Of a DNA stretch of 64,000 nucleotides, positions 38,289 to 46,543 are shown in pieces. Position 1 is the first letter of the stretch. Each line of letters starts with the position of its first letter. Source of the DNA: Candidatus Kaiserbacteria bacterium (lineage in GTDB: Bacteria > Patescibacteriota > Minisyncoccia > Phycocordibacterales > UBA2100). The stretch is taken from the NCBI GenBank assembly GCA_023267655.1, contig JAHFMV010000002.1:7228-71227 (forward strand), given 5' to 3'. Both the position numbers and the translations under genes were made by a program. The notes under the pieces were generated by a model. The model saw only the letters and a list, made by a program, of their open reading frames with translations. It was not told the origin of the DNA and did no database searches.

Positions 38289-39931
38289 AGCACAGACGCG
38301 GGGAGTACGTGGACGAAGGTGCGATAATCCCCTATACAATCAGCACAGTCATGAAGGAGGATAGTGCCGGAATGTAAGCCAGCTCCTTCACCGCTGCTGC
38401 CCACGCTTGAGTTCTGAACTCGTCCAGCCTGGGGAGCCCAGACTTGGATTGACTTGAATTCGCCGGTTATCGAATCGGGATTTTGGCGCGCGGCGCGAAG
38501 CGCCGCGTAGAGAGGATGCGCCGTGCCGGAGATTTTTTGATTGTAGAGTTGCAGGTTCGAGCCGAAGATTTTTTGAATTGCGGATTTTTTGGCGGGGAGA
38601 GAGGGGTTGCTTGGGATTTCAGCAAGGTTTTCTGCCTCCTTTATCCACTCACGCATGGGTTCGAGCCACGCGCTGCCGTCCCGCTCCAAACGCACAATTT
38701 GTTCCAATAACGTCCGCTTGTGGGACAACAGTGCGCGACGCTTCGCCAAGTATGCGTCGCGCTCAATTTCCTGCGCAATATAGAGATCCAAAACGCGGTC
38801 GAGTTTGCGGTCTATTTCGTTCATTTCGTCCCGTAAGCCAGAAATTGTCTGCGCGCTTGTGCGCTCCGCATCGCGTTCATCCACTTGCGTTCTGCGCCCG
38901 AAGTCGTGCGCCCATTCGGGCGGCAGGACAAAGAGCGAAAGCAGATTCGAAATATCAGTAACGAGATTTTCTTCACGCACGTAGGATTGCGTGCAGTGAA
39001 TCGACTTTTTTGTGCAGCGATAGTAAACATATCGGTGAAAATTGCCGTTCTTTTGGTGTTTCTCACGCACCTCGGCCGTGATAGCCATGCCACATTCACC
39101 ACACGACATGAGACCGCAAAATACTTGCGGCTGTGTCGTCGCGGCTTGCGGATGCCCTCGTTCGACAACTACTTTTTGTACTTTATCGAACAGCCGCTTG
39201 TCCACGATTGGCGTATGACGTCCCTCATATAGTTCGCCCATGTAGAGAAAAAGACCGCAATAAAACGGATTGGTGAGAATGAATTTCACGCGGTCGTCGT
39301 GGATACGATTACCGTATAAACTGCGCACTCCATTGTCGTAAAGAAACTTACCAATGTCTTCTACTCGCGAATTGCCTTTAGAATATTTCTCAAACGCGGC
39401 CTGAATTATTTTCGATTTCTTCTTATCAAGCATGATTGTTTTAGTGCGCGGATCGTTTCGATACCCCACCGGCGCAGTACCCGGGAAATCACCGCGCCGC
39501 GCTTTCGCGCGAAGCCCTCGCGCAGTGTTCGCGCTCAATTGTCGGATATATTCATTTGCCATGCCGAATTCAACCGACATGATGAGCACATTGTCCTGCG
39601 GCAAATACGTCCGATCGTGGGTTCGTATTTGCTGGATGATTCCCTGTTGCAATAGCCAGCTAATTTGTCCACTGTCCACGGGATTGCGCGAAAGTCGATC
39701 TATCTTCCAACACAAAATGCCCTGCGCCTCGCCCTTTTGGAGTCGCGCCATCATCTCGCTGAACACGGGGCGGCCGGGCATCTTCGCCGAGCGCTTTTCT
39801 ACAAACTGCTCGACTATTTCTAGCCCCTCCCGCAGCGCGAGCGCGTACAACTCTGACAACTGCGCCTCGATAGATAGGACTTGCTTGTCCTCGACATCAG
39901 TGCTTTTGCGGGCGTAGAGGAAATATTTCAT
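38267..39931 (-). CDS. Large serine recombinase (second copy, with a different sequence).
   Basis: YARKSTD...DRLSRN resolvase domain, a recombinase domain, a zinc ribbon and a coiled coil. Its C-terminal coding region (38444-38616) is one arm of a 173-bp inverted repeat. Confidence 0.85.
   Translation of the reverse strand: MKYFLYARKSTDVEDKQVLSIEAQLSELYALALREGLEIVEQFVEKRSAKMPGRPVFSEMMARLQKGEAQGILCWKIDRLSRNPVDSGQISWLLQQGIIQQIRTHDRTYLPQDNVLIMSVEFGMANEYIRQLSANTARGLRAKARRGDFPGTAPVGYRNDPRTKTIMLDKKKSKIIQAAFEKYSKGNSRVEDIGKFLYDNGVRSLYGNRIHDDRVKFILTNPFYCGLFLYMGELYEGRHTPIVDKRLFDKVQKVVVERGHPQAATTQPQVFCGLMSCGECGMAITAEVREKHQKNGNFHRYVYYRCTKKSIHCTQSYVREENLVTDISNLLSLFVLPPEWAHDFGRRTQVDERDAERTSAQTISGLRDEMNEIDRKLDRVLDLYIAQEIERDAYLAKRRALLSHKRTLLEQIVRLERDGSAWLEPMREWIKEAENLAEIPSNPSLPAKKSAIQKIFGSNLQLYNQKISGTAHPLYAALRAARQNPDSITGEFKSIQVWAPQAGRVQNSSVGSSGEGAGLHSGTILLHDCADCIGDYRTFVHVLPASVLYADVSA
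38444..38616. repeat. Inverted repeat IR1, copy 1, inside the recombinase 3' coding region.
   Basis: Near-identical to the reverse complement of 40929-41113. The two copies are confirmed by shared peptides PSLPAKKSAIQKIFGSNLQLYNQK... on opposite strands. Confidence 0.7.
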
Positions 39932-40080
39932 CGTTATTTGAAGGTTACCCTAGAATTTTGTTATCCACATTCATTTGAAATTCACCTGTTGACATGCTAA
40001 TATGATGCTAATCCATTCATTTGGAGGTGGATAGTCCGAATGGGCTAGCGTGAGGGAGTCCCGCAAGGGGCTTTTTCATT

Positions 40081-40884
40081 TTAAGTGAGAAATATCTTTC
40101 CATATCCATCAATTCTCCCGTTATAGAGGTGGCGATTATATTTTTCCGCTACGGCCTTGCAAAGTTGTTGACCATAACTACCCCCCGGACTATCGACTTT
40201 TCCTTTTGCGTGTAGAAGTTCCATGCGGCATGGATAAGCAAGAATGTCGGCAATTTGTAATCCCGTAACATTCGCACTTTTCGGCTGGATCTTTATTTCT
40301 TTCGTAGTTAGAGAATTTTGAAAGAATTCCGGCTTACGAAAATTTGTACCGCTCTCCCACACGTTTTGGTATGCTTCTTTGAGCTGCATATCTTCACGAC
40401 CGCCGCGACTTTCCGCCATCACATCACCCTTAGCATTGTAATAATTGAGAAATCCGCAGTAGCGCTCGAGTAGTGCAACAACGCAATAGTGATATGGATG
40501 TAAGGCTATATTGCCGTACCTTTTCACATGAGCATTTTTATCAATTACAACCGTCAACAGCTTAAAGTCGTACTTTTTCAGAGTGACTAAAAAATCGTCG
40601 TTAAAAGCTCTTTCTTTTGCCGGATCTAGTAGTCGCCAAAACGGGCCTTTTTTATTGATGAGCTCTTTACGATGAAGAATGACGGGTTCGTCCGGATTAT
40701 GCGGAAAATGTCGCTCTTTAAATTCTGTGAAGTCAGGATGGATGACTTTTTTATAGTAGTCGTTTTCAACAATAACACCTGTGATGCCCAAATACCGACT
40801 TACCACGTTATCTTCATTGCGCGAATACACGTGATCTCCGGCCTCATCGAGATAAAGTCGATAGCGTTTTACATCCATGGGCAA
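40081..40884 (-). CDS. DUF3800-family protein.
   Basis: N-terminal YRLYLDEAGD (DEAG/DESG-type motif) and a length of about 270 aa. Confidence 0.5.
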   Translation of the reverse strand: MPMDVKRYRLYLDEAGDHVYSRNEDNVVSRYLGITGVIVENDYYKKVIHPDFTEFKERHFPHNPDEPVILHRKELINKKGPFWRLLDPAKERAFNDDFLVTLKKYDFKLLTVVIDKNAHVKRYGNIALHPYHYCVVALLERYCGFLNYYNAKGDVMAESRGGREDMQLKEAYQNVWESGTNFRKPEFFQNSLTTKEIKIQPKSANVTGLQIADILAYPCRMELLHAKGKVDSPGGSYGQQLCKAVAEKYNRHLYNGRIDGYGKIFLT

Positions 40885-40928
40885 ATAATACCAAATTATG
40901 AGGGACTAAGTGACTCTCGTGGCCGCGC

Positions 40929-41113
40929 GCATGGATTCCGTATCCCCTCTCTCCCCGCCAAAAAATCTGCAATTCAAAAAATCTTCGGCTCGAACCTGCA
41001 ACTCTACAATCAAAAAGTCTCCGGCACGGCGCATCCTCTCTACGCGGCGCTTCGCGCCGCGCTCCAAAATCCCGATTCGATAACCGGCGAATTCAAATCA
41101 ATCCAAGTCTGGG
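40929..41113. repeat. Inverted repeat IR1, copy 2.
   Basis: Reverse complement of 38444-38616 with a few mismatches. Read on the plus strand it continues into IR2 and would give an alternative recombinase C-terminus, ...QVWAQLYQIARTYFSKHDE*. Confidence 0.7.
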
Positions 41114-41382
41114 CTCAACTATACCAAATAGCTCGAACCTATTTTAGCAAACATGATGAGTGATCGGACACGCGCCGCGTGAGTGGTGACGTGTCCCAAC
41201 AAGGTACGCTCCGCGTCCGTGCCAACTCTGACGCCGCCCGCCGCAGCAAAGCTGCGGCAACCCCGAAAGAAACCGCTTCCCATGCATCTCTGTTCGGCGG
41301 GGGTGGGATGCGTATTGAAATGGAATGGGCGGTTTCTTTCGGGGTTCTGCCCTGTGGGCAGGGGGCGACAAACCCCTCAATC
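41113..41382. repeat. Inverted repeat IR2, copy A (about 250 bp), followed by a 14-bp-stem palindromic hairpin at 41383-41415.
   Basis: Identical 80-aa translations on opposite strands (41139..41384 minus and 44817..45059 plus) show this is a DNA inverted repeat. The hairpin is AAACCCCTCAATCA-CCCAG-TGATTGAGGGGTTT. Confidence 0.7.
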
Positions 41383-41467
41383 ACCCAGTGATTGAGGGGT
41401 TTGAATTACTGCGAGTTAGCTAGAGCGCGTATTTGTAAAAAGTCTCGAACGTTGTTAGATTAGGGAA

Positions 41468-42025
41468 ATGTCTCCAAATATGAATACTCGCTTAGGTATT
41501 CTCAACATTGTCCCGATAAAAGAGCGCCCGGAATTGCTCGCGGAGCCAGTGGCCAAAGCCATTTCAAACTTGTCGGACGCTGACACAATTGGAGTAACAG
41601 AAATCGATCCACGGTTATCTGATACCACCGCATTTTGTGCGCAATATCAAGTTGATATGAATCGAACCGTTAATTGCGTCGTACTTGAGGCAAAACGAGG
41701 CGATCGCACATGGTTTGCGACGGCCGTTATTTTCGGTGACACTCGTGCTGACGTGAATGGTCTTGCACGGCGCACTCTTGAAGCTCGCAAGGTATCATTT
41801 GCGCCCATGGATCAAGCTGTGGCACAAACAGGAATGGAGTACGGAGGAATTAGTCCTATCGGCATTCCAGCTGACTGGCCTATTCTCATTGATAAGGCAG
41901 TTGCTGATTCGGAATATGTGATTGTTGGCAGCGGTATACGGAAATCCAAGCTCGTGATTCCAGGTAAGATTCTTGCTGCTTTACCAAATGCGAAAGTACT
42001 GGAAAGCCTCGGTCAGAAAAAATAA
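41468..42025 (+). CDS. YbaK/ProX-family aminoacyl-tRNA deacylase (free-standing editing domain).
   Basis: EYGGISPIGIP matches the YbaK GGxSPxG motif. About 185 aa. Confidence 0.55.
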   Translation: MSPNMNTRLGILNIVPIKERPELLAEPVAKAISNLSDADTIGVTEIDPRLSDTTAFCAQYQVDMNRTVNCVVLEAKRGDRTWFATAVIFGDTRADVNGLARRTLEARKVSFAPMDQAVAQTGMEYGGISPIGIPADWPILIDKAVADSEYVIVGSGIRKSKLVIPGKILAALPNAKVLESLGQKK

Positions 42026-42066
42026 GGGCCAGCGAAGTGTTCGCCAGCCCTTCTGCACGCGACCGA

Positions 42067-42855
42067 TCATCGTGTCAAGAGATTCTCCGATTCTACACTG
42101 AGTCTCTTCGCCGCACTTTCGCCGTTCACCACTAACTCCAGCCAACGATGAGTGCCGAAACCAGAACTTCCGACAACCCAACTTAGATTTTTGGGAGTGA
42201 CGTCCGCGAGTTGCTCGGAAAAATCGAGATCTGCGAAACGTGTCAGATTTCTTTCTCCTTTCAAGACAGTCGTCTTGCAGTTGCCGAAAGGATCGTCGAC
42301 ATACCAGACGGCAAGTGGTGCATCGGGCACGACATCTCGTACCTGCATCTTTTGCCCAGGCACTTTCCATCGTGCCGCAATCCACAGAGCAACGCGAGGC
42401 AAGAATTCATAACTCCTAAACTGCGTTGTAGTTACATTCTCTGCTTCAGAGGAAGAAATAAGACGTTTCTTCACCGCCCACTTCATCACCGTCGGAATAT
42501 CGAGAACATGCATTGTCTCTGCGAGTTGAAGTTTTTTTACAAGCGAGAGCGTTTGGCCAGCGACGGTTGACACGAGGAGTGTCTTACCGATGTAGATATA
42601 ACAAAACGGCGTGCCGTTCGGCCATTTTTCTCGCAAGCCATTACGAGGCGCCACGTTCGCAAGCAAAATTCCTTCGCCACCATTACAACGCGCTGCGTCA
42701 AGTGCGTCGACGATATGTCCCGCAGCTTCGAGGTCGTTACGCGCCCCAATGACTTGCGGCAAGAGACCGCAAAGAGACTGAACGCGAAGCGACTGTCGCC
42801 CTGCGGCGTTTCGGCAATCACAATCTGTCACAATGCCAAAGAACTGTATCTTCAT
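42067..42855 (-). CDS. DUF62 / SAM hydroxide adenosyltransferase-like protein (SAM hydrolase family), divergent N-terminus.
   Basis: C-terminal VWYVDDPFGNCKTTV matches the IDxFGNxxTN motif, and GSSGFGTHRWLELVVNGESAAKRL matches the DUF62 C-terminal domain. N-terminal motifs are weak. Confidence 0.45.
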   Translation of the reverse strand: MKIQFFGIVTDCDCRNAAGRQSLRVQSLCGLLPQVIGARNDLEAAGHIVDALDAARCNGGEGILLANVAPRNGLREKWPNGTPFCYIYIGKTLLVSTVAGQTLSLVKKLQLAETMHVLDIPTVMKWAVKKRLISSSEAENVTTTQFRSYEFLPRVALWIAARWKVPGQKMQVRDVVPDAPLAVWYVDDPFGNCKTTVLKGERNLTRFADLDFSEQLADVTPKNLSWVVGSSGFGTHRWLELVVNGESAAKRLSVESENLLTR

Positions 42856-42922
42856 GACCTATCCTTTCGGGCCACTTGCTGCCGAGGACCATTCCTCGAC
42901 AGGATAACGACCCCAAAAAAGA

Positions 42923-42950
42923 AAACCCTCCGCGTTTGCGGAGGGTTTTC
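42923..42950. terminator. Strong bidirectional rho-independent terminator AAAACCCTCCGC-GTTT-GCGGAGGGTTTT.
   Basis: A perfect 12-bp stem flanked by A- and T-tracts. It lies between the Met-rich leader ORF and the DUF62 gene start. Confidence 0.65.
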
Positions 42951-42976
42951 GTGAGATTCTTTTTTTCAAAATTACA

Positions 42977-43048
42977 TCATACGAAATGTTCCTCCGCGCG
43001 AAGGGTCATCATGGCCATCATCATTGCTGCGCGAAGATGCGTATGCAT
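42977..43048 (-). CDS. Candidate Met-codon-rich leader peptide MHTHLRAAMMMAMMTLRAEEHFV.
   Basis: 23 codons with 6 ATG codons clustered at positions 9-14, followed 27 nt later by the terminator. Codons 18-20 (GCGGAGG) duplicate the terminator 3' arm and could form an antiterminator. Confidence 0.35.
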   Translation of the reverse strand: MHTHLRAAMMMAMMTLRAEEHFV

Positions 43049-43165
43049 ATGTCGATGATATCGAGATTTGGAGAGCTGTCAATAGCGGGAGGGCGAACAA
43101 GGACTCTGCATGTTGAATAATGCTACCCTTATGGGTGTGGCGGGAACGTTGTACTATGAGCAGTC

Positions 43166-43678
43166 ATGATTAGAACGGCTAAAATAAGTGACATCGCTCG
43201 GCTTGTTGATATTGATTCTGCAGCCTATGGTTCGTACGGAGCTGACAGGGGCTACTTCGAAGAAAAGTTTGCTTCCGATAATGTGGGCATTCTTGTCGTC
43301 GAAGAAGCTGGGGATGTTAGCGGTTTTTGCGTTTTTGAGATTCTGAGATCGAATCAAATTCCGCCTGATTTTTGCGATTTGAAATTGAGAAAACCACTGG
43401 AAGATACGTGGACACATATTATTGCGTTTACAACGTCAACCAACTATATCGACCTTGAGTCGGATGGTCAGCTGGTTCGAGCCGTAGAAGAAAAAGCGAA
43501 AATCATGGGATCTGATATCTTTTGTGTCCCATTAAGTGTAGAACATCCTTTTGAAAAAAATGACGTCTTCGGCTTTTGGAAGAAGAATGGCTATGAGCGT
43601 GCGGGAACTATCAAGTGGAAAGCCAGTTCGAATGAACTCATTGAGTGTTATTTTTATTGCAAACTCGGCGCTAGATGA
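43166..43678 (+). CDS. GNAT-family N-acetyltransferase.
   Basis: About 170 aa with an acetyl-CoA binding-like core (VVEEAGDVSGFCVFE). Confidence 0.55.
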   Translation: MIRTAKISDIARLVDIDSAAYGSYGADRGYFEEKFASDNVGILVVEEAGDVSGFCVFEILRSNQIPPDFCDLKLRKPLEDTWTHIIAFTTSTNYIDLESDGQLVRAVEEKAKIMGSDIFCVPLSVEHPFEKNDVFGFWKKNGYERAGTIKWKASSNELIECYFYCKLGAR

Positions 43679-43717
43679 TCGAAAACATATCGCCCATAGA
43701 TAGGCTAAAATACGGTA

Positions 43718-44227
43718 ATGGCAGATGACCCAGTCCCACAACCCGTTGAAAGCCCTCAAACACCGGTATCTGACGGGTTAGCGAATGTGCTGATTCCAGA
43801 GCCAGTTTCGGAGCCGACGTCGGAAGCGTCGGCGAGCGCTCCGAGCGAACCGGCGCAGCCGGTGAGCGATGCTGCGGAGGTCGCGGCGGAGCCGCAGAGT
43901 GAACCACCAACGCCAGAAGCAAAACCACAAACGCAATCAGCGACGTCAGCCGCGTCTGCGCCAAGCCTGATTTCCGATAAGACACCCGAGCACGACCGTG
44001 AACTCCTGAAAATCGCGAGAGCGAAAATTCAGACAAAGAAGAGCGAGAAACTGGAGAAAATCATGATGCTGTTTGAGAAGAAAAAGGAAGTCACGAATGA
44101 TGACGTTGAGAAATTGTTGCGTTGCTCCGACGCGACAGCGCGGAGGTATTTGAACGAACTCGTGAAGCAAGGAAAACTCAAGCGCGTTGGTGAGACTGGT
44201 GCAGGCGTCGCGTATATCAAAGCGTGA
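43718..44227 (+). CDS. Acidic/Pro-rich protein with a C-terminal winged-helix HTH.
   Basis: C-terminal DDVEKLLRCSDATARRYLNELVKQGKLKRVG. Confidence 0.4.
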   Translation: MADDPVPQPVESPQTPVSDGLANVLIPEPVSEPTSEASASAPSEPAQPVSDAAEVAAEPQSEPPTPEAKPQTQSATSAASAPSLISDKTPEHDRELLKIARAKIQTKKSEKLEKIMMLFEKKKEVTNDDVEKLLRCSDATARRYLNELVKQGKLKRVGETGAGVAYIKA

Positions 44228-44334
44228 GCTTTGAAATTGAATTTGCATCTAGAGAGTGCCGCGAGCATGTGCAACTTGCTCGCGGCGAGATATGTGCGCG
44301 CATGGGGGGGGGTTGGGGCAAGCACGGGGATTCG

Positions 44335-44704
44335 GGCCTCGGGCATTTCCGCTAGGGCAAGGCCCTTCGGTGAGCGCCGCCGAAATCTTGGAATGGAGAA
44401 GTGTTAGAAGCGGAAGCGACACCACGAAAGCAATCTTGGAAACGAGGAGAGGGGTTGTGCGATGGGCGGACTCCGAAGGCCCGTTAATGCGAGCCATACA
44501 AGTCTGTATCACCATGACCAGAGGACACAACGATAGTGGTTGTGTTACAGCTGCGAGGAGGAGACCGAGCTGGGGAGAGGATTCCTTCCTCTCCCCAATC
44601 AGAAACGGCGCCCGAGCCAGAGAGCCCGCAGGCGATACTGGCGAGGAGAAGCGCCGTACCGAGGCATCTAGGCGCGAGCAGCCCTAGCGGAAATGCCCGA
44701 GGCC
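44335..44704. mobile_element. MITE-like non-autonomous element with 24-bp perfect terminal inverted repeats.
   Basis: TIR GGCCTCGGGCATTTCCGCTAGGGC at 44335-44358 and its reverse complement at 44681-44704. The 322-bp interior is structured and non-coding, for example the GGGGAGAGGA-TTCC-TTCCTCTCCCC hairpin. Confidence 0.45.
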
Positions 44705-44799
44705 GGATGGCCGAGTGGTGCACCCCGTTGGACTTTGCCCTAACCGATAGCGATGACTGAGGCTCAATATGCATTTGCATTCCGTATTTGCATTGAACC

Positions 44800-45076
44800 A
44801 ATCAAATACCGGGTAAATGATTGGTTCCCGCCGCCCCCTGCCCTTGGGCAGAACCCCGAAAGAAACCGCCCATTCCATTTCAATACGCATCCCACCCCCG
44901 CCGAACAGAGATGCATGGGAAGCGGTTTCTTTCGGGGTTGCCGCAGCTTTGCTGCGGCGGGCGGCGTCAGAGTTGGCACGGACGCGGAGCGTACCTTGTT
45001 GGGACACGTCACCACTCACGCGGCGCGTGTCCGATCACTCATCATGTTTGCTAAAATAGGTTCGAGCTATTTGGTA
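44800..45076. repeat. Inverted repeat IR2, copy B, with an inner-side 10-bp-stem palindrome at 44794-44824.
   Basis: Reverse complement of 41113-41382. The hairpin is GAACCAATCA-TTTACCCGGTATT-TGATTGGTTC. Confidence 0.7.
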
Positions 45077-45152
45077 TAGTTGAGCAGATTTCTTAGCTTT
45101 ATCTTGCAAGGCATTTTTAGGTCCCCTTGTTGGACGCTCGAACCTAAATTTG

Positions 45153-45190
45153 ACATTCTATATATTTTGTGTATTATACTTTTGGCAAAG
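45153..45190 (+). promoter_or_regulatory. Sigma70-like promoter (TTGACA, 17 nt, TATTAT) for the small ORF at 45228.
   Basis: A consensus -35 and near-consensus -10, followed by the RBS AAGAGGAA 8 nt before the ATG. Confidence 0.4.
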
Positions 45191-45227
45191 TTGAGCCAAG
45201 TTACATTCGAAAAAGAGGAACTTCTCA

Positions 45228-45416
45228 ATGATTAGCAGCGGACGGTATCTCTACCACCTTCAGGACATCGCCGAAATCAAGGCAATGCCTCAGCCCGTGA
45301 ACTCGATTCAGCAGATGCGTCTCCGCAATATGGAGAGCGAAGTTGCCGAGTTCGAGAAGGCAAACCCCGAAGAAGCGACGCGCCTCCAGGCCCGTGCCAA
45401 GGAACTCGCTTCCTGA
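45228..45416 (+). CDS. Small hypothetical protein.
   Basis: 62-aa ORF with a good promoter and RBS. Confidence 0.4.
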   Translation: MISSGRYLYHLQDIAEIKAMPQPVNSIQQMRLRNMESEVAEFEKANPEEATRLQARAKELAS

Positions 45417-45540
45417 TTCAGCTCACCAGCGGAAAGTCCGCTTCGGTGGGCTTTCTGTTTTAGTAACTCGGAATGTGTAGGTATGGATTATTCTGGAAAT
45501 AGGTTCTAACGTCGTCCACGACGCGGACTTGAATTAGCAC

Positions 45541-46543
45541 CCTAATTGCAACCGGTGCGCCTTCGCCAAAACACACGCCTCGGACTCACAAAGCCGAGGC
45601 GCTTTCTTTGTCGATCGTTGAGACGACGAACAATGTGTGCGAGTTCTGCTGGGGTGATCAGATTGAAGTCGAGTGTCTTCGGAAAGTACTGTCGGAGAAG
45701 TCCATTCGTATTCTCGTTGGTACCGCGCTCCCACGCATGGTACGGGTAGGCGAAGTACACGGTCATGCCGGTCTTCTTCTCAAGGCGCTCCCAATCGCTG
45801 AATTCGATGCCGTTGTCGAGTGTGAAGATCCTGCGTTTCTTCTTTGGAATATGTCGGAAGTGTTCTAGTGCGAGTGAGGTGAGAAGTCGCGACCTCATTT
45901 TGGGAAGCACGAACGCAATGAGGTATCCGCTCCTTCGGTCGACGAAAGAAACGATACGCACGCGCTTGTCTCTTCCCATTAAGGTATCTCCTTCCCAGTC
46001 TCCGATCCTTCCGCGTTTTTGGACGATCGCTGGACGTTCGTCAATGCGTCGTTTCTTCCCTTGTTCTCGGGCTTTTTCACGTATCTTCGTACCGCGCTTT
46101 CTGCGGTATTTGCCCTTTGATGATCGGAGGTACTGCTTCAGGTGTGGTGCACGTTCTTTGAGGTAGCGGTATATCGTACTTGCAACAAGTGACCCACCAC
46201 GCTTTCTCAGAACACCAGCAATCTGCTCGGGCGACTTGTGGAGCTTCAATTCTTTCGTCATGAACCGCAGCAGGGAGCCACGGATCACACGAATGCCCTG
46301 CATTGCATCGACACGCTTCATGTGCTTCCTTCGTCGCACCTCTCGCACGTCGTATCCGTTTCTTCCTCCGTAATCCTTCACGTGCCTCCCCAGTGAACTT
46401 TTGTCTTTGCCGATGGTCCGGGCAATCTCGCTCAGCGAATGACCAGCTCGCAGCATCCGTGCAATGCACGACCAATCCTCCTTCCCAATGTGTGTATGTG
46501 CCATCTTGGCACTGTGAATGCCTCGCGGGGGGTTGCAATTAGC
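45541..46543 (-). mobile_element. IS30-family insertion sequence.
   Basis: Terminal inverted repeats CCTAATTGCAACC (45541-45553) and GGTTGCAATTAGC (46531-46543), flanking a single IS30 transposase gene. Confidence 0.65.

Noticed and set aside
41139-41384. 80/81-aa ORFs with identical translations at 41139..41384 (minus) and 44817..45059 (plus); similarly 41144..41380 and 44821..45054.
   Set aside because: Identical peptides from opposite strands at two loci are the signature of an inverted DNA repeat, not of two genes. No start or RBS context was seen.
44256-44687. 143-aa ORF spanning the MITE-like element.
   Set aside because: It sits exactly between perfect 24-bp TIRs, is Gly/Arg-rich with low complexity, and the interior is dominated by hairpins. 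It is more likely non-coding.
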